A stretch of DNA of 64,000 bases from Candidatus Krumholzibacteriia bacterium (GCA_041484665.1 JBGPIA010000002.1:288001-352000), one strand, 5' to 3'; counted from the stretch's first letter, positions 47,633 to 59,030 are shown. The notes: generated by a model from the letters alone, not told the origin. Translations and numbers: made by a program.

Positions 47633-48457
47633 CTAGCGGACGATGCCGCGGGTGCTGCGCGCGAAGAAGTCTGCGAAGATGCGGCCGACCTCGTCCTGGC
47701 CCTCGGCCGCGATCACCTGGATCGCCTCCTCCAGACGCAGGCCTTTGCGGTAGATCGCGCGGTAGGCGCGCTTGATGCGCGCGATCTGCTCGTCGTCGAA
47801 GCCGCGGCGGCCCAGCCCGATGGAGTTGATGCCCGCCAGGACGGGCGGATTCCCGGCCACCTTCACGAAGGGCGGCACGTCCTGCGGAATGCGGCTGCCG
47901 CCACCGATCATGGAATGGGCCCCCACCACGACGAACTGGTGGACGGGCGTGATGCCGCCGATGATGGCGTAGTCATCGACCGACACGTGGCCGGCCAGAT
48001 TGACCGAGTTGGCCAGGATCACGTGATCGCCCACCACGCAGTTGTGGGCCACGTGGGAGTAGGCCATGAGCAGGCAATGGCTGCCGACGCGGGTCTGCTC
48101 CCCTTCGCCGGTGGCGATATTAATGGTGGCGTACTCGCGGACGGTGGTCCCGTCGCCGATCACCACCTCCGAGGCGGCGCCCTCGTACTTGAGGTCCTGG
48201 GGGGCGGAGCCGATCACCGCTCCCTGGAAGATGTGGTTGCCCCGGCCGATGCGCACCCGGTTGTCCAGCAGGACGTGGGAACCGATCTCGCTGCCCTCAC
48301 CGACGTGCACCAGGGGCCCGATGATGGCGTAGGGCCCGACGACCACGCCGCGCCCCAGCCGCGCGGCAGGGTGCACCAGCGCTGTGGAGTGGATCTGGGG
48401 CGCCCCGTCCGCGCGAGCCGCCTGCTGGGTGCGTGCCATGGGCTTCCCCGACGTCAT
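47633..48457 (-). CDS. lpxA: UDP-N-acetylglucosamine acyltransferase
   Basis: Hexapeptide repeats plus PQDLKY, HVAHNC, LAGHV, VHQF and DVPPF motifs. Confidence 0.95.
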   Translation of the reverse strand: MTSGKPMARTQQAARADGAPQIHSTALVHPAARLGRGVVVGPYAIIGPLVHVGEGSEIGSHVLLDNRVRIGRGNHIFQGAVIGSAPQDLKYEGAASEVVIGDGTTVREYATINIATGEGEQTRVGSHCLLMAYSHVAHNCVVGDHVILANSVNLAGHVSVDDYAIIGGITPVHQFVVVGAHSMIGGGSRIPQDVPPFVKVAGNPPVLAGINSIGLGRRGFDDEQIARIKRAYRAIYRKGLRLEEAIQVIAAEGQDEVGRIFADFFARSTRGIVR

Positions 48458-48461
48458 GAGC

Positions 48462-49778
48462 CTAGCGGTTCACCACTGCGGCGATCAGCTCGGCCTCGGC
48501 CACGATTTCGCCGTCCACCTTGCCGACGCCGGCCATCTTACACGTATTGCGCTTGAACTTGAGCATCTCCAACTCGAAATACAGCTGATCCCCGGGCACC
48601 ACCGGCCGGCGGAACTTGGCCCGCTCGATCGAGGAGAAGTAGACCAGCTTGGTCTCGGGCTGCTCGATCATGGTCATGAGCAGCACGCCCCCCATCTGCG
48701 CCATCGCCTCGATCACCAGCACCGCGGGCATGATCGGGTGGCCGGGGAAGTGCCCCACGAAGAACGGCTCGTTGATGGTGACGTTCTTGAGGCCCACCAC
48801 GCGCTTGCCCGGATCCACCTCCAGGATGCGGTCCACTAGCAACATGGGATAGCGATGCGGGAGGATGTCCATGACGGCGCGGATGTCCCAGTGGGTCGGC
48901 TTCTTCGCCGGGTACACCCGGTTCACGCCCCCCCGCTCCTGGGCCGCCAGCTTGCGCACGAAATTGACGTTGGTCTCGTGGCCGCTCTTGAGGCTGATCA
49001 CGTGCCCTTTGATGGGCGTCCCCAAGAGGCTCAGGTCCCCGAGCAGGTCGAGGATCTTGTGCCGGACGAACTCGTCGGGGAAACGCAGGGGCTCCTCGTT
49101 GAGGATGCGGTCCTCGTCCACCACCACGGCGTTCTTGAGCGTCCCACCCTGGATCAGGCCCAGGCCGCGCAAGTGGTTCACCTCGCGCTTGAGAGCGAAG
49201 GTGCGCGCGGGGGCGATGTCGCGCACGAAGCTCTCCGGATTGATGTCGAAGCTCGCGTACTGCGTGCCGATGATCGGGTTGTCGTACTGGATGGTGAAGC
49301 TCACGCGGAAGCCGTCGTATGGGATGGCGGTGACGCCAATCCCCTCCTTCACCCACTGGCAGGGATTGCGGACCACGTAGTAGGGAGCAGGCACTCCCTG
49401 GTCGACGATGCCCGTGCCCAGCAGCAGGTCCACGAACGGCTTGGCGCTGCCGTCGACGGGCTCGGGCGGCTCGGGGCCATCCAGCTCCAGGTAACAATTG
49501 TCGATGGACAAACCGTAGAGGGTCGCCAGGACGTGCTCCACGGTGTGAATGCGCATCCCGCCGCCGTCGAGGGTCGTGTTGCGCAGGAACGGGGCATTCT
49601 CCGGCACCGATTCCACCTGCGCCGGGATCTCGACGCGCTGCCCGTCGCGGCGCAGGACGAATCGGATGCCGGTGTTGGGCGGCGCGGGCACGAAACGCAG
49701 GACGCTGGGCTGGCCGGTGTGGATGCCGACCCCCTCGTAGACGGTTGGCTCCCTAAGGGTTCGTTGTTGACGCAGCAC
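48462..49778 (-). CDS. lpxC-fabZ: Bifunctional LpxC deacetylase / FabZ dehydratase fusion
   Basis: LpxC motifs GVGIHTG, TVEHVLA, ARTF and [10 protein letters not shown] are in frame with FabZ motifs LPHRYP.LLVDR, EPFF.GHFP and EAMAQ. Confidence 0.95.
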   Translation of the reverse strand: MLRQQRTLREPTVYEGVGIHTGQPSVLRFVPAPPNTGIRFVLRRDGQRVEIPAQVESVPENAPFLRNTTLDGGGMRIHTVEHVLATLYGLSIDNCYLELDGPEPPEPVDGSAKPFVDLLLGTGIVDQGVPAPYYVVRNPCQWVKEGIGVTAIPYDGFRVSFTIQYDNPIIGTQYASFDINPESFVRDIAPARTFALKREVNHLRGLGLIQGGTLKNAVVVDEDRILNEEPLRFPDEFVRHKILDLLGDLSLLGTPIKGHVISLKSGHETNVNFVRKLAAQERGGVNRVYPAKKPTHWDIRAVMDILPHRYPMLLVDRILEVDPGKRVVGLKNVTINEPFFVGHFPGHPIMPAVLVIEAMAQMGGVLLMTMIEQPETKLVYFSSIERAKFRRPVVPGDQLYFELEMLKFKRNTCKMAGVGKVDGEIVAEAELIAAVVNR

Positions 49779-50805
49779 GCTGGGCCTTCTCCAGCTCACC
49801 GACCCGCTTGCGCAGCTCGGAGATCTCGTCGGCGTAGCGCGCAAGTCGCCCGAAGTGGGCGTTGAGGCGCTTGAACTCCCGGAGATCGCGGGCCGGCGAG
49901 CCGAAGGACTCGCCGCCGGCCGGCACATCCTTGCTCACACCGCTCTGGGCGCCGATGCGAGCGTTGTCTCCCACCTCGATGTGGCCGATGATCCCCACCT
50001 GACCCGCGAGCATCACGCCGTCGCCCAGGCGGGTGCTCCCGGCGATGCCCACCTGCGCCGAGATGACGCAGTGCTTGCCGATGGTGACGTTGTGGGCGAT
50101 CTGCACGAGGTTGTCGATCTTGGTCCCGGCCCCGATCACCGTGCGTCCGGTGGTGGCCCGGTCCACGCACGCATTGGCTCCGATCTCCACGTCGTCCTCG
50201 AGGATCACGCGGCCGATCTGGGGAATCTTGTGGTACGTGCCGGCCTGCTTGGCGTAACCGAAGCCGTCGCTGCCGATCACCGCGCCAGGATGCACGATCA
50301 CCCGGTCGCCGAGCTCGCACTCCTCGCGGATCGTGACGTGGGGATAGATGAGACAGCGGGTGCCGATCTTGACCCCACCCAGCAGAACCGTGTGCGCCCC
50401 CAGGATCGTGTGGGCCCCTACCGTCGAGCCCGCGCCGATCACCACGTGCGGCCCCACGCGCACTCCCTCGGCCAGGCGCGCGCTCGGGTCGACCACCGCC
50501 GCGGGATGGATCCCCGCGGCGAACTGATCGGTGACCGGGCGGCTGAAGACCTCGATCGCCCGTAGGAACGCCAGGTAGGGGTCGGCGGCCCGGATGCAGG
50601 GCAGCGTCGTCTCGATGCCCTCGGCCACGATCACCGCCGAGGCCAGGGTCTGCGCGAGGAAGGGCATGTAGCGCGGATTGGCAACGAAGGTCAGGTCACC
50701 GGGGCGGGCCTCGCGCACCCCGGCGACGCCACTGATGGGAAGATCCTCCGGCCCCGCCAGACGCCCGCCCACGCGCTCCGCGAGGGATTTCAGTGCAACG
50801 CTCAT
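49753..50805 (-). CDS. lpxD: UDP-3-O-acyl-glucosamine N-acyltransferase
   Basis: GSDGFGY, KIPQIG and [13 protein letters not shown] motifs. Confidence 0.96.
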   Translation of the reverse strand: MSVALKSLAERVGGRLAGPEDLPISGVAGVREARPGDLTFVANPRYMPFLAQTLASAVIVAEGIETTLPCIRAADPYLAFLRAIEVFSRPVTDQFAAGIHPAAVVDPSARLAEGVRVGPHVVIGAGSTVGAHTILGAHTVLLGGVKIGTRCLIYPHVTIREECELGDRVIVHPGAVIGSDGFGYAKQAGTYHKIPQIGRVILEDDVEIGANACVDRATTGRTVIGAGTKIDNLVQIAHNVTIGKHCVISAQVGIAGSTRLGDGVMLAGQVGIIGHIEVGDNARIGAQSGVSKDVPAGGESFGSPARDLREFKRLNAHFGRLARYADEISELRKRVGELEKAQRAASTTNP

Positions 50806-50898
50806 CAGCGACCCTCTCCGCGGCGGTGCGCGCCGGCCCCGCCGCCGCATGCGGGGCGGGCGCCCATCGTGCCCGGGGCGCGCCCCCCTGTCAATGCG

Positions 50899-51519
50899 CT
50901 ACTGGCTCTTCTTGTCCGCGGCATCGGGCTTGTTGGGCTTCTCGGACTTCGCCCCTTTCCCCAGGGCGTCCAGCACCCTTGCCGTGAGGTCCACCACCGG
51001 ATTTAGGTAGACGACGTTGACGCTGGCCATGTCCAAGATGAGCGTATATCCCTCCTGGGCCCCGAGCCGCTCCACGACCGTAGTGATCTGGTCGTTGATG
51101 GGTTGGCTGAGCTCCTTGTTGCGCGCCACGGCCTTGCCCTTGGTGGGATCCAGGATCTCGCTCTTGGCGGTGTCGTAGTCCTGGATCTTGTGATCCAGGT
51201 CCGCCTGTAGCTCATCGAGCTTCTCCTTGGAGAGCAGGAGCGCCTGGCTGCGGATTTTCTCCTGCAGCCCCACGATCTCCTTCTCCTTGGCGCCGAGATC
51301 GTCCTGCCACTGCTTCATCTCCTGCTGAAAGAGCGCCTCGGCGTCCTTGGCCTCCTGGTACTCGGCGAAGATCTTCTGCGAGTCGATGACGCCGATCTTG
51401 GTCTCGGCGGCACGCGCCGGGCTCGCCAGAGGTGGGAGCGCGCCGGCCAGCACCCCCGCGGCCAGCAGCGCCGTCGCGGCCCCGGAGAGTCTGCGCTTGG
51501 TGGAGGTGTCGTGAGCCAT
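50899..51519 (-). CDS. skp: Periplasmic chaperone Skp/OmpH
   Basis: Signal peptide, KIGVID..KI, coiled coil, GY.LILD and DLT..V. Lies between bamA and lpxD. Confidence 0.9.
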   Translation of the reverse strand: MAHDTSTKRRLSGAATALLAAGVLAGALPPLASPARAAETKIGVIDSQKIFAEYQEAKDAEALFQQEMKQWQDDLGAKEKEIVGLQEKIRSQALLLSKEKLDELQADLDHKIQDYDTAKSEILDPTKGKAVARNKELSQPINDQITTVVERLGAQEGYTLILDMASVNVVYLNPVVDLTARVLDALGKGAKSEKPNKPDAADKKSQ

Positions 51520-51605
51520 CGCCTTGTCTTTCCTTCCTTGCGAACGGGCCAGCGGATCGCGCGAGCGCTGAGACTTGCCGCCGCGCTCGCGGGCACGGAA
51601 TGCTG

Positions 51606-53963
51606 CTAGAAGAACGAGCCGAAATTGAAATGCGCTTCCCACCCGGGCCTGGTGCGGTCGAATCCATACCCGTAGTCCAGCCCAACGCGGCCCAGCATCG
51701 GCACCTCGAGGCGGACGCCGAAGCCGGCGCCCTTGCGCAGCCTGGTCAGGTCCGCCTCCCCGAAGTGGTTCCAGGTATCACCCTGGTCCACGAACGCGAG
51801 CACGCTGACCGCGCGGGTGATCGGGTAGAGCACCTCCGTGGTGAGCGTGGTGTAGAAGCGCCCACCCACGAAGCTCGGATTGCCCCGCGGCACCACTTCG
51901 AGGTCGCGATATCCGCGGAGGGAATAGAGGCGGTTACCGCCCAGGCGGTACTTCTGGTAATCGGGCACGTCCGATGTAGATCCGAAGGCGTGGAGCAGGC
52001 CCGTGGAAACGCCCATGTGGAAGACGAACTTGAGCGGCAGGGGCTGGTACCAGTTGTGCTCCAGCAGCGTCTCCTGAAAGCTCAGGTCGCCGCCCAGCGG
52101 TCCGCCGGTAAGCTCGAAGCGGAGCATGGTGTTGGTGCCGCTGGTGGGGAAGAACGGGCTGTTGGTGCTGTTGCGGCCCAAGGTCACCATCAGCGCGCTC
52201 TCGGTGAGCGGCCAGTTCACTTTGTCCAGGCGCTGGAATTCCACGCCGGTGGCCCCCAGCTCCCGCTCGAGCGCGTCGAGGGTCTGGACGTAGTTCGGGG
52301 CGAAGTTGGACAAGCTGGTGCGCGTAAGGCTGTAGCGGATCGTGGCGCGGCTGTAGCGCGTGCCCGGGATGGGCCGGCCCAGGCGCAGGGCGAAGCCGCG
52401 GGAGCGCGTGTCGTACACGTCGTTGACGGTGTTGCTGAAGCGATTGAACAGATCGGCGCCCAACAGCGTGGGCGTCCCGCGGAACCAGGGCTCGGTGAAG
52501 CTCAGGTCGAGGTAGTTCTGCCGCCGGCCGAACTGCCACGCGAACTGCAGCGCCTGGCCGCGCCCGAAGAGGTTGGGCTCTCCCACCTGCAGGAAGCCCG
52601 TGGCCTGGCTCGCCTGGGAGAAGCCCACGCCCATGGTGAACGTGCCGGTCTGCTTCTCCTCCACTTCCATGATCAGGTCGATGTCCCCCTGGGGATTGGC
52701 CGTCTTGAAGTCCACGCGCACGTCGTTGAAGTAGCCGAGCTGGAAGACGCGTCGCTGGCTGTCGCGCAGCTCGCTGTTCACGAACAGGTCGCCGGGAACC
52801 ACCTTGAGCTCGCGCCGGATGACGCCCTCGTGACTCTTGCTGTTGCCGGTGATGACCACGTCGTGGATGTGAGCGGGAACGCCTTCGCGGAACGAGAGCG
52901 CCACGTCCACCAGGCCGTCGTGGATATTGCGGGTGGGCTCCACGGTGATGTAGATGTAGCCCGTCTCCCAGTAGAGCGAATGGAGGGCCTGCAAGCAATC
53001 CTGGAAGCGCCCCTCGCTGAAGGTCTCGCCGGTCTTGAAGCGGATCTCCTGGGCGATCCGATCGTCGTGGAACACGGTGTTGCCCGACCAGCTCACGTTC
53101 CCGACGCGGTACGTGCCACCTTCCTGCACCTGCAGGTGGAGATCGACCTTGTCGGTGCCCTCGATGAAGTCCAGCCGATGCCCCACCACCTGGGCGTCGA
53201 GGTAGCCGCGGTTGCGATAGTTGTCCACGAGCTTTTCCAGGTCCTGGTCGAACTCCGCGGGCTTGAACGTAGCGCCGCGCCACCACTTGTCCTGCTTGGT
53301 CTTCCAGCCGGTGCGCAGATCGTCCGCGGTCACCTTCTCATTGCCCGTGATGAGGATCTTGCGCACGGTGACCTTCTTGCCCTCCTCGACGCTGATGACC
53401 AGCGGATGCGTCCCCGGCGTGCGGATGAGCGTGCTGTCGGTGGCCAGCTTGACGTTGTAGTACCCCTCACCCTGGTACTTCTCCTTGATCTTGAGGAAGG
53501 CGCGCGTGAGCTTGGCCGGCGACAGGAACTCGCCCGGGGCGAGCGGCAGTTGCTCGCGCAGGTCGGTCTCCTTGAGCTTCTTGACCCCGGTGAAGCGCAC
53601 CTCCTGCAGTCTTGGGTACTCGACGAGGTTGAAGATCAGCTCCGTACCGCCGGCGGTGTCGCTCTGGTAGACAAAGGCGTCGGCGAACTTGCCGGTGGCG
53701 ATCACCTTGCGGAGCGCGCCGGCCACGACCTCGGTGGTAACCGGATCGCCGATCTTCAGCCCGGTCCAGCCCACGACCTGCTCGGGCTGCACCGTGTCGG
53801 CGCCCACCACGCGGATGCTGGAGAGGGCCGGCGGCGCGGCGGCGGCGGGCGGGACGGCCACGGCCAGGAGCGCGCACAAGGCGGAGGCGGCCGGCAATGC
53901 GCGCAGGCCGGCTCGCAGCCCGGCGGCCGGAAGATGGCGGATCGTCACGTGTAGAGCTGGCAT
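51606..53963 (-). CDS. bamA: Outer membrane protein assembly factor BamA
   Basis: Multiple POTRA domains, NLFGRGQ, FTEPW, LRGY lid motif and C-terminal Phe. Confidence 0.95.
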   Translation of the reverse strand: MPALHVTIRHLPAAGLRAGLRALPAASALCALLAVAVPPAAAAPPALSSIRVVGADTVQPEQVVGWTGLKIGDPVTTEVVAGALRKVIATGKFADAFVYQSDTAGGTELIFNLVEYPRLQEVRFTGVKKLKETDLREQLPLAPGEFLSPAKLTRAFLKIKEKYQGEGYYNVKLATDSTLIRTPGTHPLVISVEEGKKVTVRKILITGNEKVTADDLRTGWKTKQDKWWRGATFKPAEFDQDLEKLVDNYRNRGYLDAQVVGHRLDFIEGTDKVDLHLQVQEGGTYRVGNVSWSGNTVFHDDRIAQEIRFKTGETFSEGRFQDCLQALHSLYWETGYIYITVEPTRNIHDGLVDVALSFREGVPAHIHDVVITGNSKSHEGVIRRELKVVPGDLFVNSELRDSQRRVFQLGYFNDVRVDFKTANPQGDIDLIMEVEEKQTGTFTMGVGFSQASQATGFLQVGEPNLFGRGQALQFAWQFGRRQNYLDLSFTEPWFRGTPTLLGADLFNRFSNTVNDVYDTRSRGFALRLGRPIPGTRYSRATIRYSLTRTSLSNFAPNYVQTLDALERELGATGVEFQRLDKVNWPLTESALMVTLGRNSTNSPFFPTSGTNTMLRFELTGGPLGGDLSFQETLLEHNWYQPLPLKFVFHMGVSTGLLHAFGSTSDVPDYQKYRLGGNRLYSLRGYRDLEVVPRGNPSFVGGRFYTTLTTEVLYPITRAVSVLAFVDQGDTWNHFGEADLTRLRKGAGFGVRLEVPMLGRVGLDYGYGFDRTRPGWEAHFNFGSFF

Positions 53964-54103
53964 GCACGCAGCCCGCGCAGCGGGATCGATCAGGGGCGGG
54001 CCATTTGGCGGTAACGCGTCAGGTCGGTACTGATACCCGTCCCGCCGCGGCGGGTTCCCCTCCCCGCGGCGCCAGGACGGCGCGCCGCCGGAAACCCTGC
54101 GGG

Positions 54104-54132
54104 AAGGTACGCGGGATGCCGTCCTCGGTCAA
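54104..54132 (-). promoter_or_regulatory. sigma70-type promoter upstream of bamA
   Basis: Minus strand TTGACC-N17-TACCTT. Confidence 0.5.
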
Positions 54133-54228
54133 CCCGGGAGCGCCCGCCGGGGAGGCCGCTTCGACCCGACCGGCCACGCCGGGCGGGCCGGGCACCCCCA
54201 CCGGGACCGCCGACCCACCGCGCGAGCC

Positions 54229-56706
54229 TCACGCGCTGCTGCCGGCGGGCAGCGGCGGCTGGGGCTGCTCCCCGCGGCTGCCGGGCAGCACCTCGAAGCC
54301 CAGCCCCGACGCGGCCACGTCGATGCGCACCTGGTCGCCGCTGCGCACCTCGCCGCGCAGCAGTTTCTCGCTGAGGGGATCCTCCACGTGCTTCTGGAGC
54401 GCGCGGCGCAGCGGGCGCGCCCCCTGGTCGGGATCGAAGCCCACGCCTACCAGCCTCTCCTTGGCCTCCGGCGTGTACTCGAAGGCGATGTGGAGGCCCG
54501 ACATCCGCTCCGTCATCTCCGCCAGCAGGATGTCGAGAATCTTGTGCATGTTGTCCCGCGACAGGGGGTGGAACACGATGGTGTCGTCGATGCGGTTGAG
54601 GAACTCGGGGTTGAAGGTCTTCTTCAGGTCCTCGGTGACGTTGGCGCGCATGCGGGTCTCCCGCGCGTCATCCGCGTCGGCGCCGAAGCCCATGGCCTTG
54701 CCCATGCCTCCCTTGCGCGTGCCCACGTTGCTGGTCATGATCAGCACGCAGTTCTTGAAGTTCACGTGGCGGCCGAAGCTGTCGGTCAGCACGCCGTCCT
54801 CCAATACCTGCAGCAGTAGGTTGAAGACGTCGGGGTGCGCCTTCTCGATCTCGTCCAGCAGAATCACCGAGTACGGCTGGCGCCGGATCTTCTCCGTGAG
54901 GATGCCGCCCTCATCGTAGCCGACGTAGCCCGGAGGCGCTCCCAGCAGCCGGCTGATGGAGAACTTCTCCATGTACTCCGACATGTCGATGCGCACGAGG
55001 TTGTTGAGGTCGCCGAACAAGAAGCGCGTGAGCTGGCGCGCCACCTCGGTCTTCCCCACCCCGGTGGGACCCAGAAAGATGAACGAGCCGATGGGACGAC
55101 GCGGATCGCGCAGGCCGGCGCGGTTGCGCCGGATCGCCTTGCTCACCGCCGACACCGCCTCGTTCTGGCCGACGATCACCTTTTGCAGCTCCTCCTCCAT
55201 GCGCAGCAGCTTCTCGGTCTCGGCCTCCTCCACCTCGGTCACGGGGATGCCAGTCATGTCGGAGATCACGCGGCTGACGTCCTTGACGTCGACCACCGCC
55301 TCCGCCTCCTGCTTGCGCTCGGCCCAGCTCTTGCGCATGTCGGCGAGCTTGCGCCGCAGCTCCTTCTCGTCGTCGCGGAACTTGGCCGCCTTCTCGAACT
55401 CCTGGCCCTGGATCGCCAGCTCCTTCTCCTTGCTCACCTCTTCGATCCGCTTCTCGAGGTCGCGCAGATCGCCGGGGACGGCCGTGGCGGACAGGCGGGC
55501 GCGGCTGCCCGCCTCGTCGATGACGTCGATGGCCTTGTCGGGGAGGCTGCGGCCGCTGATATAGCGCACCGAGAGGAACACGGAGGCGCGGATCGCGGGG
55601 TCGGTGTACTTGACGCGGTGGTGCGCCTCGTACTTGTCCCGCAGTCCAAAGATGATCTCGATCGTCTGCTCCTCGGTGGGAGGATTGACGATGATGGGCT
55701 GGAAGCGCCGCTCCAGCGCCCCGTCCTTCTCGATGAACTTGCGGTACTCGTCCAGCGTGGTGGCGCCGATGCACTGGATCTCGCCGCGGGCCAGCGCCGG
55801 CTTGAACATGTTGCTGGCGTCGATCGCCCCCTCCGCGCCCCCCGCCCCCACGATCGTGTGCAGCTCGTCGATGAAGAGGATGATGTCCTCGCTCTCGCGA
55901 ATCTCGTTCATGATCGCCTTGAGGCGCTCCTCGAACTGGCCGCGATACTTGGTCCCGGCGACGACGCTGGCCAGGTCCAGGGTGATGATCTCGCGGTTCT
56001 GCAGCAGCGCCGGCGCTCGCCCGTCCACGATGCGCGAGGCGAGCCCCTCGGCGATGGCCGTCTTGCCCACGCCCGGCTCACCGATCAGCACCGGGTTGTT
56101 CTTCTTGCGCCGAGACAGGATCTGGATCACGCGGTCGATCTCGCGCTCGCGCCCGATGGTGGGGTCGAGCTTGTCCTCGCGGGCCAGTTGGGTGAGGTTG
56201 CGGCCGAACTGGTCGAGAACGGGCGTCTCCTTCTTGCGCTTGCTGGCGGCCTCGGGCGTCCCCTTCTGGGCGCCGCCCAGCAGCTTCATGATCTCCTTTT
56301 TCACCTTCTCGTGGTCGGCGCCCAGGTCCTTGAGCACGCGGGCGGCGACCCCTTCCCCCTCGCGGATGAGGGCCAGCAGCAGGTGCTCGGTGCCCACGTA
56401 GTTGTGGTTGTGCTGGCGCGCCTCGTCGATGGACAGCTCCAGCACGCGCTTGGCCCGCGGAGTGAACGGGATCTCGCCGATGGTCAAGGTTCCGCTCTGC
56501 GTGGTGACCATGTCCTCCACGGCCTGCTGGATCTGCTCGAAGTCGATCCCCAGGCGCTGCAGCGCCTGGGCCGCAATCCCCTCCCCCTCCCGGATGATCC
56601 CCAGCAAGAGGTGCTCGGTGCCGATGTAGTCGTGCTGCATGCGGCCCGCCTCGTCGCGGGCAAGGAAGAGCACCTTGCGCACCCGTTCGGTGAAGCGGTC
56701 GTTCAT
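54229..56706 (-). CDS. clpC: ATP-dependent Clp protease ATP-binding subunit ClpC
   Basis: Clp N-domain repeats, two AAA modules (GEPGVGKT, GPTGVGKT), UVR middle domain and MGF ClpP-binding loop. Confidence 0.96.
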   Translation of the reverse strand: MNDRFTERVRKVLFLARDEAGRMQHDYIGTEHLLLGIIREGEGIAAQALQRLGIDFEQIQQAVEDMVTTQSGTLTIGEIPFTPRAKRVLELSIDEARQHNHNYVGTEHLLLALIREGEGVAARVLKDLGADHEKVKKEIMKLLGGAQKGTPEAASKRKKETPVLDQFGRNLTQLAREDKLDPTIGREREIDRVIQILSRRKKNNPVLIGEPGVGKTAIAEGLASRIVDGRAPALLQNREIITLDLASVVAGTKYRGQFEERLKAIMNEIRESEDIILFIDELHTIVGAGGAEGAIDASNMFKPALARGEIQCIGATTLDEYRKFIEKDGALERRFQPIIVNPPTEEQTIEIIFGLRDKYEAHHRVKYTDPAIRASVFLSVRYISGRSLPDKAIDVIDEAGSRARLSATAVPGDLRDLEKRIEEVSKEKELAIQGQEFEKAAKFRDDEKELRRKLADMRKSWAERKQEAEAVVDVKDVSRVISDMTGIPVTEVEEAETEKLLRMEEELQKVIVGQNEAVSAVSKAIRRNRAGLRDPRRPIGSFIFLGPTGVGKTEVARQLTRFLFGDLNNLVRIDMSEYMEKFSISRLLGAPPGYVGYDEGGILTEKIRRQPYSVILLDEIEKAHPDVFNLLLQVLEDGVLTDSFGRHVNFKNCVLIMTSNVGTRKGGMGKAMGFGADADDARETRMRANVTEDLKKTFNPEFLNRIDDTIVFHPLSRDNMHKILDILLAEMTERMSGLHIAFEYTPEAKERLVGVGFDPDQGARPLRRALQKHVEDPLSEKLLRGEVRSGDQVRIDVAASGLGFEVLPGSRGEQPQPPLPAGSSA

Positions 56707-57778
56707 CGGTCGTCCTTTCTCGGTGCGGACTTGGTCAGCACCTCGCGCACGTACCGGGCGCGCGCCTCGTCGCGCTGCGCCGGATCCATCGTCCGGCCGG
56801 CCACGACCTGCAGGTGCGCGCTCTGGATGTTCATCAGGAGGGTGTTGAGGATCGACTCGTCGAGACCGTCGAAGATCGCGAGACTCACGCCCAGCCGCAG
56901 GTCGCCCAGCAGCTCGAACGCCTCTTTGGTCTGCAGCAGGCGCCCATGGGTCAGGATGCCGTAGGCGCGCCAGACGCGGTCCTCGATCCGCCGCGGCTCC
57001 CGCTCCCACAGGATCGCGCGGGCGTCGCGCTCGCACGCGATCACCTTGCGCGTGTGATGGAGCAGCTCGGCCACGATCTCCTCCTCGGAGTGGCCCAGGG
57101 TCACTGAATTGGAGATCTGGAAGAGCGCTCCCATGGCGCCGCTGCCCTCGCCGTAGAAGCCGCGCACGGTATAGTTGAGGCGCCGCAGCCCGTTGAGCAC
57201 CTTCTCGATGTCGTTGTCAGCACCAGCCCCGGCAGATGCACCAAGATCGACGCCCGCAGCCCTGTCCCCACGTTGGTCGGGCACGCCGTCAGGTAGCCCC
57301 ACCGCTCGCTGAAGGCGAAGCGCATCTGGAGGTCGAGCTCGGCCACCAGTGACGTGGCGCGCGCCAGCGCCCGGTCCGGAGCCAGCCCCGAGGCAAAGGC
57401 CTGCAAGCGGAGGTGGTCCTCCTCGTTGATCATCAGGCCCTCGCCCTCGTCCTGTGAAACGAGCACCGCCCGGCCCAGGACGTTCTTCACCAGGTCGACC
57501 GAGATGAGATGGCGTTCCAGCAGGAAGCGCCGCTCGATCTCGTGCAGCTCCTCCATCGTCCACAGGCTGGCGCCGCCCAGGCGCGGCGCGCTGCCGGTGG
57601 CCTTCAGGATCTCCGCGCGCAGGACCCGCAGCTCCTGCGCGTCACCTACGTGGGTGAAGCGGTGGCCTTCCAGATTGCGCGCCAGGCGCACCCGGCTGCT
57701 GAGCACGATGTCCCGCTCGGGAGCGCCGCCCACCAACCATGGAGCCGGTCGCCGCGCCAGCTCGCTCAAGGTCATCAT
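56703..57778 (-). pseudogene. mcsB: Protein arginine kinase McsB, split by a 1-nt frameshift near 57215 (may be an assembly error)
   Basis: The N-half (SSRVRLARNL, INEEDHLR, GYLTACPTNVGTGLRAS..HLPGL) is in ORF 57101..58231. The C-half (VRG.YGEGS, FQISN..TLG.SE) is in ORF 56703..57563. Confidence 0.88.
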
Positions 57779-58308
57779 GGTCGCTTGGCGCCTCCCTGGG
57801 CGAGCTCCGTCTCCCGGCGCGCGATCTCGTCCCGCACTCGCGCGGCCTGCTCGTAGTCCTCCCGGCGCACGGCGTCCAGCAGCTCGCGGCGCAGCCGCGC
57901 CAGCTCGTGTTGCACGTGCTCCCGGTCCTGCGCGGCTCCTGGCCCGTGGCCACGGTGCTCGGTCGCTCCATGCACGCGCCGCAGCAGCGGCTCGAGATGC
58001 TCGCGGAAGGTCTCGTAGCACTGGGGGCAGCCCACCCGCCCGGTGTTGCGCAGGTCGGAGAGCCGCATGCCACAGGCGTCGCATCGCCGCCCCGGGGCGA
58101 GGCGTATGGTGGAGGTCTGCTCCACGACGATCGTGCCCAGCACGCCGCTTGCGGCGTCCTCTTGCGCCGACGCCGCCTCCGCCTGCCATGCCAAGAGCCC
58201 CCGGGCCTCGGCACAGCCTTGGCAGAACCACTGCACCTTCTTGCTGGCGCCCATGACTTCGGTGTACTGGAGCGTAGCGTTGTCGCCACCGCAGCTGTCG
58301 CAGCTCAC
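57775..58308 (-). CDS. mcsA: McsA (CxxC zinc motifs + UVR domain)
   Basis: CDSC, CQGC, CDAC and GCPQCY motifs, H....H.G, and EDYEQAA.VRDEI. Confidence 0.92.
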   Translation of the reverse strand: MSCDSCGGDNATLQYTEVMGASKKVQWFCQGCAEARGLLAWQAEAASAQEDAASGVLGTIVVEQTSTIRLAPGRRCDACGMRLSDLRNTGRVGCPQCYETFREHLEPLLRRVHGATEHRGHGPGAAQDREHVQHELARLRRELLDAVRREDYEQAARVRDEIARRETELAQGGAKRP

Positions 58309-59030
58309 CGTCCGCTCCCCCCGTTGCGGCCGATCTCGCCCACGGGCAGCAGCCGCCCCTCCTCGAGGTGGAGCCAGCGATCCGCCCTTCGCGCCAGCGA
58401 CTCGTCGTGCGTGACCACCACCATGCTCACCCGCTCGTCCGTCCGCAGCTCCAGCAGCAGGGCATGCAGCTCGTCTGCGAGCGCGCGGTCCAGGTTCCCT
58501 CCCGGCTCGTCGGCGAGCAGGAGCCTGGGCCCGTTCACCAGCGCGCGCGCCACCGCCACGCGCTGCTGCTCTCCCCCCGACAGCTCCCCCGGACGGTGCT
58601 CCGACCGGCCGGTGAGGCCGACGCGCGCGAGTAGCCGGGCCGCCCGCTCCCTCCGCTGCGCCACTTCGACGCCCGCGACCAGGGCGGGCATCATCACGTT
58701 CTCCAGCGCCGTGAAGTCCGGCAGGAGGTGGTGGAACTGGAACACGAAGCCAAGCTCGCGGTTGCGCAGCCGGCTGCGCTCCCGATCGGCGAGCCGCTGC
58801 AGCGCGCGTCCGCCCCAAAGGATAGAGCCCTCGTCGGGCCGGTCAAGGGACCCCAGAAGATTGAGCAGCGTGCTCTTGCCCGATCCACTGGGTCCGGTGA
58901 CCACCACCAGCTCTCCCGCCTCGACCGCCAGGTCGATCCCGCGCAGGACCTCGATGTGGCGGTGCGGGGTGCGGAATCCCTTCTGGAGGCCCTCCGCGAC
59001 CAGCCACGGCCCCGCCGCCCGCTCACTCAT
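58305..59030 (-). CDS. lolD: Lipoprotein-releasing ABC transporter ATPase
   Basis: GPSGSGKS, GFVFQFHHLLPDF.ALENV and LSGGEQQR motifs. Confidence 0.9.
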   Translation of the reverse strand: MSERAAGPWLVAEGLQKGFRTPHRHIEVLRGIDLAVEAGELVVVTGPSGSGKSTLLNLLGSLDRPDEGSILWGGRALQRLADRERSRLRNRELGFVFQFHHLLPDFTALENVMMPALVAGVEVAQRRERAARLLARVGLTGRSEHRPGELSGGEQQRVAVARALVNGPRLLLADEPGGNLDRALADELHALLLELRTDERVSMVVVTHDESLARRADRWLHLEEGRLLPVGEIGRNGGSGR

